A stretch of 63,834 nt of DNA, counting the filler, from Acidimicrobiia bacterium (GTDB taxonomy: Bacteria; Actinomycetota; Acidimicrobiia; Spongiisociales; SHLN01), in the NCBI GenBank assembly GCA_041619515.1. It is 4 parts of 4 records of this genome, joined end to end, with 100 filler letters (N's around TTAATTAATTAA, not from the genome) between each part and the next. Parts side by side here need not be neighbours in the genome. Positions count along the whole stretch, not along the records: positions 1 to 18,665 come from JBFKDW010000061.1; positions 18,766 to 36,949 come from JBFKDW010000063.1; 2 more parts are not named here. One strand, given 5' to 3'. The notes under the pieces are model-generated. The model had not been told where the DNA came from. It saw only the letters and a list, made by a program, of their open reading frames with translations, and did no database searches. This document shows positions 9,623 through 18,766 of this stretch, piece by piece. The position numbers and the translations under genes are program-made. Every line of letters starts with the position of its first letter. The stretch's first letter is position 1.

Positions 9623-9952
9623 TCATGCCGGCTCCACCTCCTCGGTAGCGAGGGGCGCGGGAGCCACGTGCTCGGCGATGATCTCGACCCGGTTGCGACG
9701 ACCCTCTTGTGCCTCCCAAAACCGCCTCTGGGCGGCCCCGAACACCCGAACCCGGCGCCCTCTCTCGAGTGACTCGGCCACGAGCGCCTGAGGCGGATCC
9801 CACAACGTGACCGGGAGGACATCGACCCGCCTGCGAGGCTCATGGCTCCGGACGGTGACGAGGAGGCGCATGAGACGAGCGCCGGAATCGAACTGGCGCA
9901 GTTCCGGCGCCGCGGCGAGCGTCCCGGTGAGAAACACGACGTTGGCATCCAT
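9623..9952 (-). CDS. ssb: short single-stranded DNA-binding protein (OB fold, SsbB-like)
   Basis: MDANVVFLTGTLAAAPELR...VTLW...GRRVRVFG...RVEIIAEHV. SD GAAAGGA. 109 aa with no C-terminal DDxPF tip. Confidence 0.75.
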   Translation of the reverse strand: MDANVVFLTGTLAAAPELRQFDSGARLMRLLVTVRSHEPRRRVDVLPVTLWDPPQALVAESLERGRRVRVFGAAQRRFWEAQEGRRNRVEIIAEHVAPAPLATEEVEPA

Positions 9953-10027
9953 ACATGACGTTCCTTTCTGTCCTCGACGCCAACGTATCCGATGGGTGCG
10001 ACAGGTGACACTTGCTAGCGTCGGAGC

Positions 10028-10951
10028 GTGTTCGACGTGACGGTGACCGATCTCGGGGATTCTCTCTACATGATCGACGCCGGCATGCATGGAGAGCCCG
10101 AGCGGCTGGCCTGCTATCTCTTCGATACGCCCGAACGGGTGCTGATCGAGTGCGGTCCCTCAAACGTCCTCCCCCATCTCGTGGATGCCCTCGAATCCAT
10201 CGGCGTCGACGACGTTGCGACCATGGTGGTCACCCACATCCATCTCGACCATGCCGGCGGCGCCGGGCATTTTGCCGAGCGCTACCCGGGCTCGACGATC
10301 GGCGTGCACCGTCTCGGCCTCCGCCACCTGGCGGATCCGTCGCGCCTCTGGGCCTCCGCCGAGCGCATATACACGCCCGAAGGCATGCAGCAGTTGTGGG
10401 GACCGATGCGTCCCGTACCGGAAGACCGCTTGCTGACCCTGGATGAGGGAACCGTCGTTCCCCTCGGCGGGGGCCGGCGTCTCGAAGTCATGTATACCCC
10501 GGGCCACGCCAGGCATCACGTGGTGTTCTCCGAGGACGTCGCCGGTGGCATGTTCGTCGGCGACGCCGTTGGGATCGCTTTTCCGCACGGTCACATGGTG
10601 CAGCCGGTGACGCCTCCCCCCGACTTCGACGCGACCGTCGTCATCGAGCAACTTCATCGAATGGCCGCCCGTCAGCCGGGATTCGTCGGGTTCGCCCACT
10701 ACGGGGTTGCGAGCGATGCTGCCAGGGTGTTCGACGAGGCCGAGGCCCGCGTCGGCGAATGGGTGGATTTCGTTGAATCTGTGGTCGAAGCAGCCGATGC
10801 CGGGGACCGGCTCCGCAACTGGGTCCTCTCCTCGTATCGGAGCGAGGGCATGTCTGAAGAAGACATCGACCAGTACGACCGCAACACCTTCTGGCCCATG
10901 CAGATATGGGGAATACAGCGATGGCTCACCCTTCGAGACGGCGGAGGCTGA
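10028..10951 (+). CDS. MBL-fold metallo-hydrolase
   Basis: THIHLDHAGG, TPGHARHH, GDA, FAHYG metal-binding motifs. Confidence 0.88.
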   Translation: MFDVTVTDLGDSLYMIDAGMHGEPERLACYLFDTPERVLIECGPSNVLPHLVDALESIGVDDVATMVVTHIHLDHAGGAGHFAERYPGSTIGVHRLGLRHLADPSRLWASAERIYTPEGMQQLWGPMRPVPEDRLLTLDEGTVVPLGGGRRLEVMYTPGHARHHVVFSEDVAGGMFVGDAVGIAFPHGHMVQPVTPPPDFDATVVIEQLHRMAARQPGFVGFAHYGVASDAARVFDEAEARVGEWVDFVESVVEAADAGDRLRNWVLSSYRSEGMSEEDIDQYDRNTFWPMQIWGIQRWLTLRDGGG

Positions 10952-10966
10952 GCACCGCCCCCGTAC

Positions 10967-11734
10967 TCATCCGGTCAGGCGGGCCTTCCAGATCTCCTCG
11001 GCCGGCCAGCGTCGTGCCCACCGGCGCGGAACATTGAACTGGACCTCGTGTGCTCCGTCCGGCGCCTGGATTTCGACGAGGTCGATGATCGTGAAACCCT
11101 GAGATCGAAGCAGTCTGATCATGTCCCCATGGCTGAGATGAAACTCGACGGCATCATCGTCGGGCCATTCGAAGCGGTGCATGCCGAACTGCGGCCGAAG
11201 CAAGGTCTCCTCGGCCGGTACGCCGTCGTAATCGGGGGCGCACAACATGAACAGCACGCTGTTGCCGAGGAAGATGAGCTCGCCACCCGGACGCAGGACC
11301 CGCGCCGCCTCCGGGATCCAGTGGTACGGATCCGACCAGATCGCGGAACCGTATTCAGAGCAGACGAGGTCGAAGGTCGCATCCGCGAACGGCAGTTGTT
11401 CCCCGGCCGCGTGCAACAGCGGGAATCGGAGGTCGAATTCTGACTGTAGCCCAGCCGCCGTCGTGAGCTGTTGGAAGGAGTTGTCGATGGCCACCGGGGC
11501 CGCCCCGCGGCGCGCCAGCCAGGCTGAGATGTACCCGGTGCCGCAGCCCACTTCGAGCACCTTCTTGCCCGCAACATCGGGCAGCACGCCGAGCTCGGCT
11601 TCTGCAACACCCCAAATGCCCCAGCTGGGCTCGCCACCCCATGCCCGGCGACCGATCTCCACCCACTCGGGTGCATAGTCGTCCCAGTGGGCTCGGTTGC
11701 GGGCGAGATAATCGTGGATCTGGTCCTCAGGCAC
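10967..11734 (-). CDS. class I SAM-dependent methyltransferase
   Basis: VLEVGCGTG, LPFADATFDLVCSEYG, ARVLRPGG. GTG start overlaps the upstream gene end. Confidence 0.85.
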   Translation of the reverse strand: MPEDQIHDYLARNRAHWDDYAPEWVEIGRRAWGGEPSWGIWGVAEAELGVLPDVAGKKVLEVGCGTGYISAWLARRGAAPVAIDNSFQQLTTAAGLQSEFDLRFPLLHAAGEQLPFADATFDLVCSEYGSAIWSDPYHWIPEAARVLRPGGELIFLGNSVLFMLCAPDYDGVPAEETLLRPQFGMHRFEWPDDDAVEFHLSHGDMIRLLRSQGFTIIDLVEIQAPDGAHEVQFNVPRRWARRWPAEEIWKARLTG

Positions 11735-12545
11735 CGATCGCCGCTTCCAGCTCGTCGAGCCCCGGGAAGGCCGGGTCGGCGGCCGTGATGGCGGCGAGGA
11801 TCCTGCCGGCGGCGGCCGTGTCGCCCAGGTGCGCGGCCACCCGGGCTGCGACGTACCACTGCCGGAGCTCGGCCTCATGCGGATGCTCTTCGAGCCGCTT
11901 TGGGTTCACCACCTGCCAGGCCTCCTTGGCGCGCCCCAGATCGAGGAGGTGCGACCCGTAGACCACCCGTGCTTCCCGGAAGGTGTCGGGACGCCCGCCC
12001 AGGTGTTTCAGCTCATCCCAGACCTTCTCGACGTCGGAGGCGCGGTCGAGTGCCCGCAGACAGTCCATTTCGACCGGCATGTGGGTGGTTTCGCCAGCAA
12101 TGCGGCGAAAGCCGCGCAGCTCGGCCAACGCCGGCTCCCAGCGGCCCAGCCGGTACAGCGACAGGCCGAGAATCTCCCTGATCGTGGCATTCGAAGAGGA
12201 CGCCTTCTTGGCACGCTCAGCGTGCTCCACTGCCTTGCCGTAGCGGGCGGCGGCAAACGCATCGGCAGCTTGCTCGAGATTCTGCAGGACGGCTGCCCGC
12301 CGCTCCTTGCGGGTGGTTCGGGTCACCTCCTCCTGGATCCAGCGGGGAAGCTGGCTTCCGGCCGTCAGGTCGAGCTTGGGCCTGCTGGGCTCGTCGCTCC
12401 TCCGCTGGGAAGTGGTCCGGTCGCGGCCCCGCTTGCGGCTCTTGTTGCCGCCGTACCCCCCGCCGACCCGGCCCTGGCCTTTGTGGCTCTTGCTCGGCGG
12501 TGGCTTCCGCCCCTTGCTGTGGCCCTGTTGTGACTTTTCACTCAT
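11727..12545 (-). CDS. TPR-like protein with basic, disordered N-terminus
   Basis: IREILGLSLYRLGRWEPALAELRGFRR...DCLRAL helical repeats, resembling the conserved actinobacterial TPR-like family. Confidence 0.7.
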   Translation of the reverse strand: MSEKSQQGHSKGRKPPPSKSHKGQGRVGGGYGGNKSRKRGRDRTTSQRRSDEPSRPKLDLTAGSQLPRWIQEEVTRTTRKERRAAVLQNLEQAADAFAAARYGKAVEHAERAKKASSSNATIREILGLSLYRLGRWEPALAELRGFRRIAGETTHMPVEMDCLRALDRASDVEKVWDELKHLGGRPDTFREARVVYGSHLLDLGRAKEAWQVVNPKRLEEHPHEAELRQWYVAARVAAHLGDTAAAGRILAAITAADPAFPGLDELEAAIGA

Positions 12546-12612
12546 GGGGCAAAGCTACTCGTCCCCGGCCGCAAGTCCCCCATCGGAGAGACCAGAGGAA
12601 CCCGGTCGTGAG

Positions 12613-13596
12613 CTAGGGCGATTGGTCGGCGCGTGCTGCTTCCGCCGCCAGCCGTTTCGTCTTCCGCTCACTCAACACGACGGCCGCGGTCAGGATTACT
12701 GCGATCACGCCGAGTGAGAGGTAGGTGTCGACGTGGACCCAGTTGGCGATTGTCATCTTGATGCCCACGAAGATGAGGATGGCGCCGAGGGCATGGGAGA
12801 GGTAGTGGAATCGCTGCCGAGCGTTGGCCAGCAAGAAATACATGGCCCGGAGCCCGAGAATGGCGAAGGCATTGGAGGCGAAGACGAGATATGGCTCGTG
12901 GGAAACGGCCAGGATGGCGGGAACCGAATCCACGGCGAAGATCACATCGGTGAACTCGACGACGACGAGTGCGGCGAACAGCGGCGTGGCGAACCGGCGG
13001 CCGTTCACCCGGGTGAAGAAGCGCTGGCCGTCGAACTCCTTGCTGACCGGCATGAAGCGCTCGACGAGCCCGAGCCCCCGGGTGGCGCCCTCTCCCTCAC
13101 CCTCCCGGTGACGGATGACCTTCAAACCCGTGTAGATGAGGAAGACCCCGAAGACGATCAACACCCAGATGAAGCGACTGATCAGGGCCGACCCGACGGC
13201 GATGAAGACCCCGCGCAGGGTCAGCGCCCCGAAGATCCCCCAGAACAGGACCCGATGTTGAAAACGCAGTGGGATGGCGAGCGTCGTGAAGATCATCGAC
13301 CATACGAACACGTTGTCGACGCTCAGCGACTTCTCTATCAGATAGCCGGAGATGTACTCACCGAACGCCTCACCGCCCCACACCACCGCCACTCCGACGC
13401 CAAACAAGAGGCCACACAGGACCCACACCCCGGACTCGATGAGCGCTTCCCGAGCGGTGGGCTCGTGGGCGTCGCGATGCCGGTAGAGGTCGGCGGCCAG
13501 CAGGAGAACGATGATGACGCCGAGAATGATCCAGGCGAGCATCGAGATGTCGAGGTCGACGAAGTTCTCACGGAGGGGGGTGGCGGCGACGAGCAC
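12613..13596 (-). CDS. TerC/Alx family membrane protein
   Basis: GYLIEKSLSVDNVFV, DVIFAVDSVPAI, SNAFAILGLRAMYF. Confidence 0.9.
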   Translation of the reverse strand: MLVAATPLRENFVDLDISMLAWIILGVIIVLLLAADLYRHRDAHEPTAREALIESGVWVLCGLLFGVGVAVVWGGEAFGEYISGYLIEKSLSVDNVFVWSMIFTTLAIPLRFQHRVLFWGIFGALTLRGVFIAVGSALISRFIWVLIVFGVFLIYTGLKVIRHREGEGEGATRGLGLVERFMPVSKEFDGQRFFTRVNGRRFATPLFAALVVVEFTDVIFAVDSVPAILAVSHEPYLVFASNAFAILGLRAMYFLLANARQRFHYLSHALGAILIFVGIKMTIANWVHVDTYLSLGVIAVILTAAVVLSERKTKRLAAEAARADQSP

Positions 13597-13658
13597 GGAG
13601 CGATTCTAAACGGGTGCCGTGGGCTGAACCGGCCGCCGGCTCTCGGTATCGTGAGCCG

Positions 13659-14294
13659 ATGGAGCGTGGATCCGGCCGAACCCTGACCTTCCAGCCGAGC
13701 GGATTCCAGGCGACGGTTCCGGCCGCTGCCGGAGGCCGAGCCGACCGGTATTCCTCGAAGATGATGGACGACGGCGAGCTCCGCTACCTGGCCGCCGTGA
13801 CCCTCGCCTTTCCCTGGACCGACGACGCGCTGGTAGTCGAGATCGGCAGCTACACGGGTCACACGGCCGCCTTCGTCGCCGAGACGCTCGACGACGCCGG
13901 GCACCCCAACCCGGTGCTGAGCATCGATCCCTTCGAGCGAGTCCCCCATACCCGCAAGAACCCGCAGGGAAAGTACCGCCGCTACCTGCGCACGATGCGA
14001 GAGCGGGGACTGGAAGGACGGTGCCTACCGCTGGTGGCGTACTCCCAGGATGCCGCCGCGGTCGTCCCGGACCGGATCGGAGTGTTGATCGTCGATGGCA
14101 ATCATGAGTACGAGAGCGTTGCTCGCGATCTGGCGCTCTACGGAGCCAAGGTTCTGCCGGGTGGGTTCGTCTTCATCGACGATCACACCGCGGCCTATCC
14201 CGGCGTGGTGACCGCCACCGCCGAGCACCTGGCAGCCCATCCCGATTTCGAGCTCTTGCATCGATCGTACTTCGCCATCTTGCGGCGGAGGTGA
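13659..14294 (+). CDS. class I SAM-dependent methyltransferase (Methyltransf_24-like)
   Basis: VVEIGSYTG, LIVDGNHEYESVARD, PGGFVFIDD. Start chosen from the TATCGT-N6-ATG signature. Confidence 0.8.
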   Translation: MERGSGRTLTFQPSGFQATVPAAAGGRADRYSSKMMDDGELRYLAAVTLAFPWTDDALVVEIGSYTGHTAAFVAETLDDAGHPNPVLSIDPFERVPHTRKNPQGKYRRYLRTMRERGLEGRCLPLVAYSQDAAAVVPDRIGVLIVDGNHEYESVARDLALYGAKVLPGGFVFIDDHTAAYPGVVTATAEHLAAHPDFELLHRSYFAILRRR

Positions 14295-14315
14295 TCGTGG
14301 CGGATGCGGCCGGGC

Positions 14316-16205
14316 TCAGGTATCGACGATGGTGCCGATCTGGACGACCGCCTCGGGAGGCAGACCGAAGTGATGGGCAGCGCTCGACGCGTTGCGATGC
14401 AGGAAGGCGAACAGGTGGTCGCGCCAGCCGGTCACTCCGCCAGCCTCTGTCGGGATCACCTGGACACGTCCGAGGAAGTAGGTGGCGTCGGAGGGGTCGA
14501 AGCCGAAGCCGGGTGTCACGATATTGGCCAGCGCGCTTGGCACATCGGGGTTCTCCATGAAGCCGAAGTTGAGGACGACCTGGAAGAAGCCCTCTCCGTA
14601 GCCGTGGACGGTCTCTCTCCGCGCCTGCGGGACCCGGGCCTGGTTGGCGGTCCTCACCGAGACGACGAGCACCGTCTCGTGAAGCACCTCGTTGTGCCGG
14701 AGGTTCATGAGCAGCGCAGGGGGGGTCGCTCCCGGTTCGGGGAACAGGTAGACGGCGGTGCCGGGAACCCGCTGCTGGGGATGGGTTCTGATCGAGTCGA
14801 TGAACCGCTCGACGGGAAGCTCTCCCCGGCGCTGGGCCGCCACCACGGCGGCCCGGCCGCGTTTCCACGTCGCCATGACCGCGAAGACCATGGCACCCAC
14901 AACGAGTGGGAACCATCCGCCGGCGGGAATCTTGATGATGTTGGCGCTGAAGAAGCCCAGGTCGACGACCAGGAACACGGCGCTCAGGACGATCGACAGC
15001 GGCCGGCTCCATTGCCAGCGCTCCCGCATCACCACGTACAGGAGCAGGGTGGTGATGAGCATGGTTGTCGTCACCGCTACCCCATACGCCGCCGCCAGGT
15101 TGGTCGAGGACCTGAAGCCGAGCACGAGACCGACGGAGGCGAACATCAGCAGGTAGTTGACCGAGGCAACGTAAACCTGGCCGATCTCGCGCGGTGAGGT
15201 GTGGTCGACGCGAACCCGAGGCAGGTAGCCGAGCTGGACTGCCTGCATGGTGAGTGAGAACGCCCCGGAGATGAGCGCCTGGGAGGCGATCACCGTCGCC
15301 AGCGTGGCCAAGATGACCAGTGGCAGGACCGCCCAGCTCGGTGCCATCCGATAGAAGGGATTGTCCACTGCGGCCGGGTCCGAGATGAGCAGTGCTCCCT
15401 GGCCGAAGTAGTTGAGCACCAACGCCGGGAACACCAGTGTGAACCAGCCGAGCTGGATCGGTCCCTTGCCGAAGTGCCCCATGTCGGCGTACAGCGCCTC
15501 GCTTCCGGTCACCACCAGGAAGATGGCCCCGAGCGCCAGGAACGCCAGACGCGGCTGATCGGCGCCGAAGCCGACGGCCGGGAGCGGGCTGAGCGCTGCC
15601 AGCACGCCCGGTTCGCCGGCGATCTGAATGACTCCGAGCGCCGCCAGGACGGCAAACCAGACGGTCATGACCGGCCCGAAGACGGCACCGATGGCGGAGG
15701 TGCCCCGGCGCTGGATGCTGAAGAGGGCGATGAGGATGAGGACGGCGGCGGGAAGGACGTACGAGTCGAGGTTGGGAGCGAACACCTCGACGCCCTCGAC
15801 GGCTGCCAGCACGGAGATGGCCGGTGTGATCATCCCATCTCCGTAGAGCAGGGCGGTCCCGAACAGCCCGAGGATCACCAGGACCCAGCGCGTCCTGGTT
15901 GCAGCAATTCCGATAGGGGGCCGGATCAGTGCGATGAGGGCCATGATGCCTCCCTCGCCGTCGTTGTCTGCGCGCATGACGAACGCCAGGTACTTGAGGC
16001 TGACCACCAGAACGAGTGCCCAGAAGATGAGCGAGAGCACGCCCAGCACATTGTCTCGATTGACCGCCATGCCCTCGGCGGCGACGAACGCCTCGCGAAA
16101 CGCGTAGAGGGGGCTGGTCCCGATGTCACCGTAGACGATGCCGAGCGCGCCCACCGAGGCGACGACCAGATACCGTGGGCCTCGACGGCGTGCCGGGCCG
16201 GCCAT
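14316..16205 (-). CDS. kup: KUP/HAK potassium transporter
   Basis: GIVYGDIGTSPLY, ADNDGEGG, GDGMITPAISVL, EALYADMGHFG, GQVYV. Confidence 0.95.
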   Translation of the reverse strand: MAGPARRRGPRYLVVASVGALGIVYGDIGTSPLYAFREAFVAAEGMAVNRDNVLGVLSLIFWALVLVVSLKYLAFVMRADNDGEGGIMALIALIRPPIGIAATRTRWVLVILGLFGTALLYGDGMITPAISVLAAVEGVEVFAPNLDSYVLPAAVLILIALFSIQRRGTSAIGAVFGPVMTVWFAVLAALGVIQIAGEPGVLAALSPLPAVGFGADQPRLAFLALGAIFLVVTGSEALYADMGHFGKGPIQLGWFTLVFPALVLNYFGQGALLISDPAAVDNPFYRMAPSWAVLPLVILATLATVIASQALISGAFSLTMQAVQLGYLPRVRVDHTSPREIGQVYVASVNYLLMFASVGLVLGFRSSTNLAAAYGVAVTTTMLITTLLLYVVMRERWQWSRPLSIVLSAVFLVVDLGFFSANIIKIPAGGWFPLVVGAMVFAVMATWKRGRAAVVAAQRRGELPVERFIDSIRTHPQQRVPGTAVYLFPEPGATPPALLMNLRHNEVLHETVLVVSVRTANQARVPQARRETVHGYGEGFFQVVLNFGFMENPDVPSALANIVTPGFGFDPSDATYFLGRVQVIPTEAGGVTGWRDHLFAFLHRNASSAAHHFGLPPEAVVQIGTIVDT

Positions 16206-16411
16206 CAGCGAATATCCCCCTCAGCGCTCGGTTGGGAACGATCCATCGTCAACGATTCGACCTCCCCGCTGCGACGTCCAGGGGCGGGGATTGCTCGACG
16301 GCGAGCACCGGGTGTCGAGTCCCGGCCGGGACCGACAGAGGGGCGATCGCTTGTCCGGCTCGGGCATGGCGCTGCCTGCCCCCTTCGGATTCCCGTTCGG
16401 TGTTCGCGCAC
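16205..16411 (-). CDS. putative leaderless upstream ORF (68 aa) translationally coupled to kup
   Basis: TAGCGT (16418-16423)-N6-GTG. Its TGA overlaps the kup ATG (TGATG). No recognisable domain. Confidence 0.35.
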   Translation of the reverse strand: MREHRTGIRRGQAAPCPSRTSDRPSVGPGRDSTPGARRRAIPAPGRRSGEVESLTMDRSQPSAEGDIR

Positions 16412-16482
16412 GAGAAGACGCTACACAACGATGGTCATCGGTCGTGCATAACCCCCGGGCCAAACGCTCGTAGAGTGAGCGG

Positions 16483-16959
16483 ATGCTGGTCACGATGATC
16501 GTCGAGATCCCCAAGGGGAGCCGCAACAAATACGAGATGGACCATCAGTCGGGCGAGATCTTCCTCGATCGGATGCTGTTCACCGCCACCCGATACCCCG
16601 CCGACTACGGCTTCATACCGGAGACGATGGCCGAGGACGGCGATCCCCTCGACGCCATGGCGCTCGTGTCCGAGCCGACGTTCCCGGGATGTCGGATCCG
16701 AATCCGTCCCATCGGTGTGTTCCTGATGGAGGACCAGGGCAAGGCGGACCACAAGATCCTCGGGGTCCCCGACGGCGACCCGTTGTGGGCGGGTGCTTCC
16801 GATCTCGACGACGTTCCCGAGCACCTGCTGCGCGAGCTCGAGCACTTCTTCGCCGTGTACAAGGACCTCGAGGACAAGAAGACGGCCACCCTCGGCTGGC
16901 GGCCGGCCGCCGACGCCCGGGTGACGATCGAACGGGCGCTGCGGCGGGGCTCGAGCTGA
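16483..16959 (+). CDS. ppa: inorganic pyrophosphatase (family I)
   Basis: VEIPKGSRNKYE, YPADYGFIP, EDGDPLD, DHKIL, HFFAVYKDLE. Confidence 0.95.
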   Translation: MLVTMIVEIPKGSRNKYEMDHQSGEIFLDRMLFTATRYPADYGFIPETMAEDGDPLDAMALVSEPTFPGCRIRIRPIGVFLMEDQGKADHKILGVPDGDPLWAGASDLDDVPEHLLRELEHFFAVYKDLEDKKTATLGWRPAADARVTIERALRRGSS

Positions 16960-17003
16960 CCGCACCGGACCCGGCGCCTCATCCACCCCGGTGCGGCGAG
17001 TAA

Positions 17004-17396
17004 TCAGACGGTCGGTTCCTCGCCGGTGGCAGGTTCTGCGCCCGTAGTCGGCTCCTCCGCGGTCGTCGCTTCCTGGTCGGTCGACGGTTGCTCGTCCGTG
17101 ATCGACGCTTCGTAACCGCCCGCCAACCCGGGTTGGGCCGCTTCCGAGCCCGCTACCGGTGGGGCGGGTGGTGCGATTCCTCTTGCCCGCTTGGCCGGAC
17201 CGTACATGCCCCACACAACGCCAAGCGCTACGCCGACAAGCATCACGATGACGATCTGCATCAGGTCCAGCGGGATCACCGTGGTGGAGACGAGGACGAG
17301 CGCAAGGCCGAGCCCGAATGGTATCCCCCACAGGGCGCCCCGGATCGGGTGCCGCTTCCTGCCGAGCGGGCCCCGGTCGATGTCACCGTATGCCAT
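17004..17396 (-). CDS. hypothetical 2-TM membrane protein with acidic tail
   Basis: Two hydrophobic segments and a T/E/P-rich C-terminus. Lies 6 nt downstream of the co-oriented gene. Confidence 0.6.
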   Translation of the reverse strand: MAYGDIDRGPLGRKRHPIRGALWGIPFGLGLALVLVSTTVIPLDLMQIVIVMLVGVALGVVWGMYGPAKRARGIAPPAPPVAGSEAAQPGLAGGYEASITDEQPSTDQEATTAEEPTTGAEPATGEEPTV

Positions 17397-17402
17397 GATC
17401 GA

Positions 17403-18158
17403 TCACCCCTTGTACGTGAAGGCGGGACGGGCATTGAACAGCAGTCCGAAGAACCCGCCCCCGAGCAGGGCCAGCCCGACGAGGCCGACCGGATCGGTGA
17501 GCCCGTTGCCGAGGAATTCGACATAGCCCTTGCCGATGCAGGACCCGATGTTCTGAGTCGTCATCTCACCCGACACCCTCACCTTGGCGGTGAATTTCAC
17601 CGGGAGATCGGCCGCGAGATCGACGATGCCGACGTTGCGGTTCTTGAGCTGGGGATTGGGGTCACCGCCCCGGTCCAGGCTGACGCCGGAGGTCTTGATC
17701 GTCCACCGGTGCTCCTCGGGCCCGTCGCCGTCCTCCGGGAAGAACCCGAAGTAGGTGACCACACCGCGGGTATCGACCTTGAAGGGATTGCCCGACGTGA
17801 AGGCCTGTTCTCCGGTGAGGAGGTCGACAGGAGGGTCGCCGCCACCGGTGTCGAGCGCCGCATCGATCAGCTCCCCGTTCTCGTCGTAGGAGTAGGCGTA
17901 GCCACCGCACAGTCCCACCAGGCTGCTGCCTTTGCCGAAGTTGCCGACGAACGTCGATTCGCCGAAGAGGGATACGAGCTTTCCGAACTCCGCGTCTGCC
18001 TCGGTCAGGTCGTACTTGCCTGGGAAGCCTTCCGGGATCTCCGCCCGGATGGCATCGAGCACTTCCTGGTCGTCGCTCTGGGCGACCGCACCGACCGTGA
18101 AGGTGAGGGCCACCAGGATGAGCAATCCGACGATCAACGCACCTGTGAAACGTCTCAT
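17403..18158 (-). CDS. hypothetical exported protein with C-terminal membrane anchor
   Basis: N-terminal signal (AVA-Q), beta-rich core with two Cys, C-terminal TM. Strong GC3 bias. Confidence 0.65.
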   Translation of the reverse strand: MRRFTGALIVGLLILVALTFTVGAVAQSDDQEVLDAIRAEIPEGFPGKYDLTEADAEFGKLVSLFGESTFVGNFGKGSSLVGLCGGYAYSYDENGELIDAALDTGGGDPPVDLLTGEQAFTSGNPFKVDTRGVVTYFGFFPEDGDGPEEHRWTIKTSGVSLDRGGDPNPQLKNRNVGIVDLAADLPVKFTAKVRVSGEMTTQNIGSCIGKGYVEFLGNGLTDPVGLVGLALLGGGFFGLLFNARPAFTYKG

Positions 18159-18288
18159 AGCCGCTCCCGCTCGGGGATCTGACGCCGACCCTAGCCCGGG
18201 CGGCCGGCCGATGGGAGGACATCGACGCGTCGGGCCCTCCGCGACGCGTGCGGCGACGGTCCGGATGGGCGCATGGATGGAGTTCCAT

Positions 18289-18320
18289 GAGAAAGACCCC
18301 CGGGGTCGGGGGTCTTTCTC
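18289..18320 (-). terminator. rRNA operon terminator hairpin
   Basis: GAGAAAGACCCCCG-N4-CGGGGGTCTTTCTC is a 14-bp stem just downstream of the 5S gene. Confidence 0.8.
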
Positions 18321-18330
18321 CTTTGATTAA

Positions 18331-18447
<117 letters not shown>

Positions 18448-18502
18448 ATATGTGAGCGCTCCTCGAGCACTCCATAGCGAGCACTGATCGGTTTGTGGAT
18501 TC

Positions 18503-18665
18503 AGACCAAGTCCTCGGCCTATTAGTACCGGTCAGCTCCATGCATTGCTGCACTTCCACGTCCGGCCTATCAACCTGGTGTTCTGCCAGGGGCCTTACCC
18601 GGTAAATCCGGTGGGAGTTCTCATCTCGAGGCCGGCTTCGCGCTTAGATGCCTTCAGCGCTTATC
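18503..18665 (-). rRNA. rrl: 23S rRNA 3' end (truncated at contig end)
   Basis: Reverse complement contains GATAAGCGCTGAAGGCATCTAAGCGCGAAGCC...GTTGATAGG...TACTAATAGGCCGAGGACTT. Confidence 0.95.
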
Positions 18666-18765
18666 NNNNNNNNNNNNNNNNNNNNNNNNNNNNNNNNNNN
18701 NNNNNNNNNTTAATTAATTAANNNNNNNNNNNNNNNNNNNNNNNNNNNNNNNNNNNNNNNNNNNN
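18666..18765. other. artificial contig linker
   Basis: N44-TTAATTAATTAA-N44 (stop codons in all six frames). Confidence 0.98.
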
Positions 18766-18766
18766 C

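Noticed and set aside
16206..16410. c-di-AMP (ydaO) riboswitch upstream of kup
   Set aside because: Only a vague CCCGAGCCGGACA resemblance. The conserved GGGGAACC, GGGGUGAA and CAGCUAAC elements are absent.
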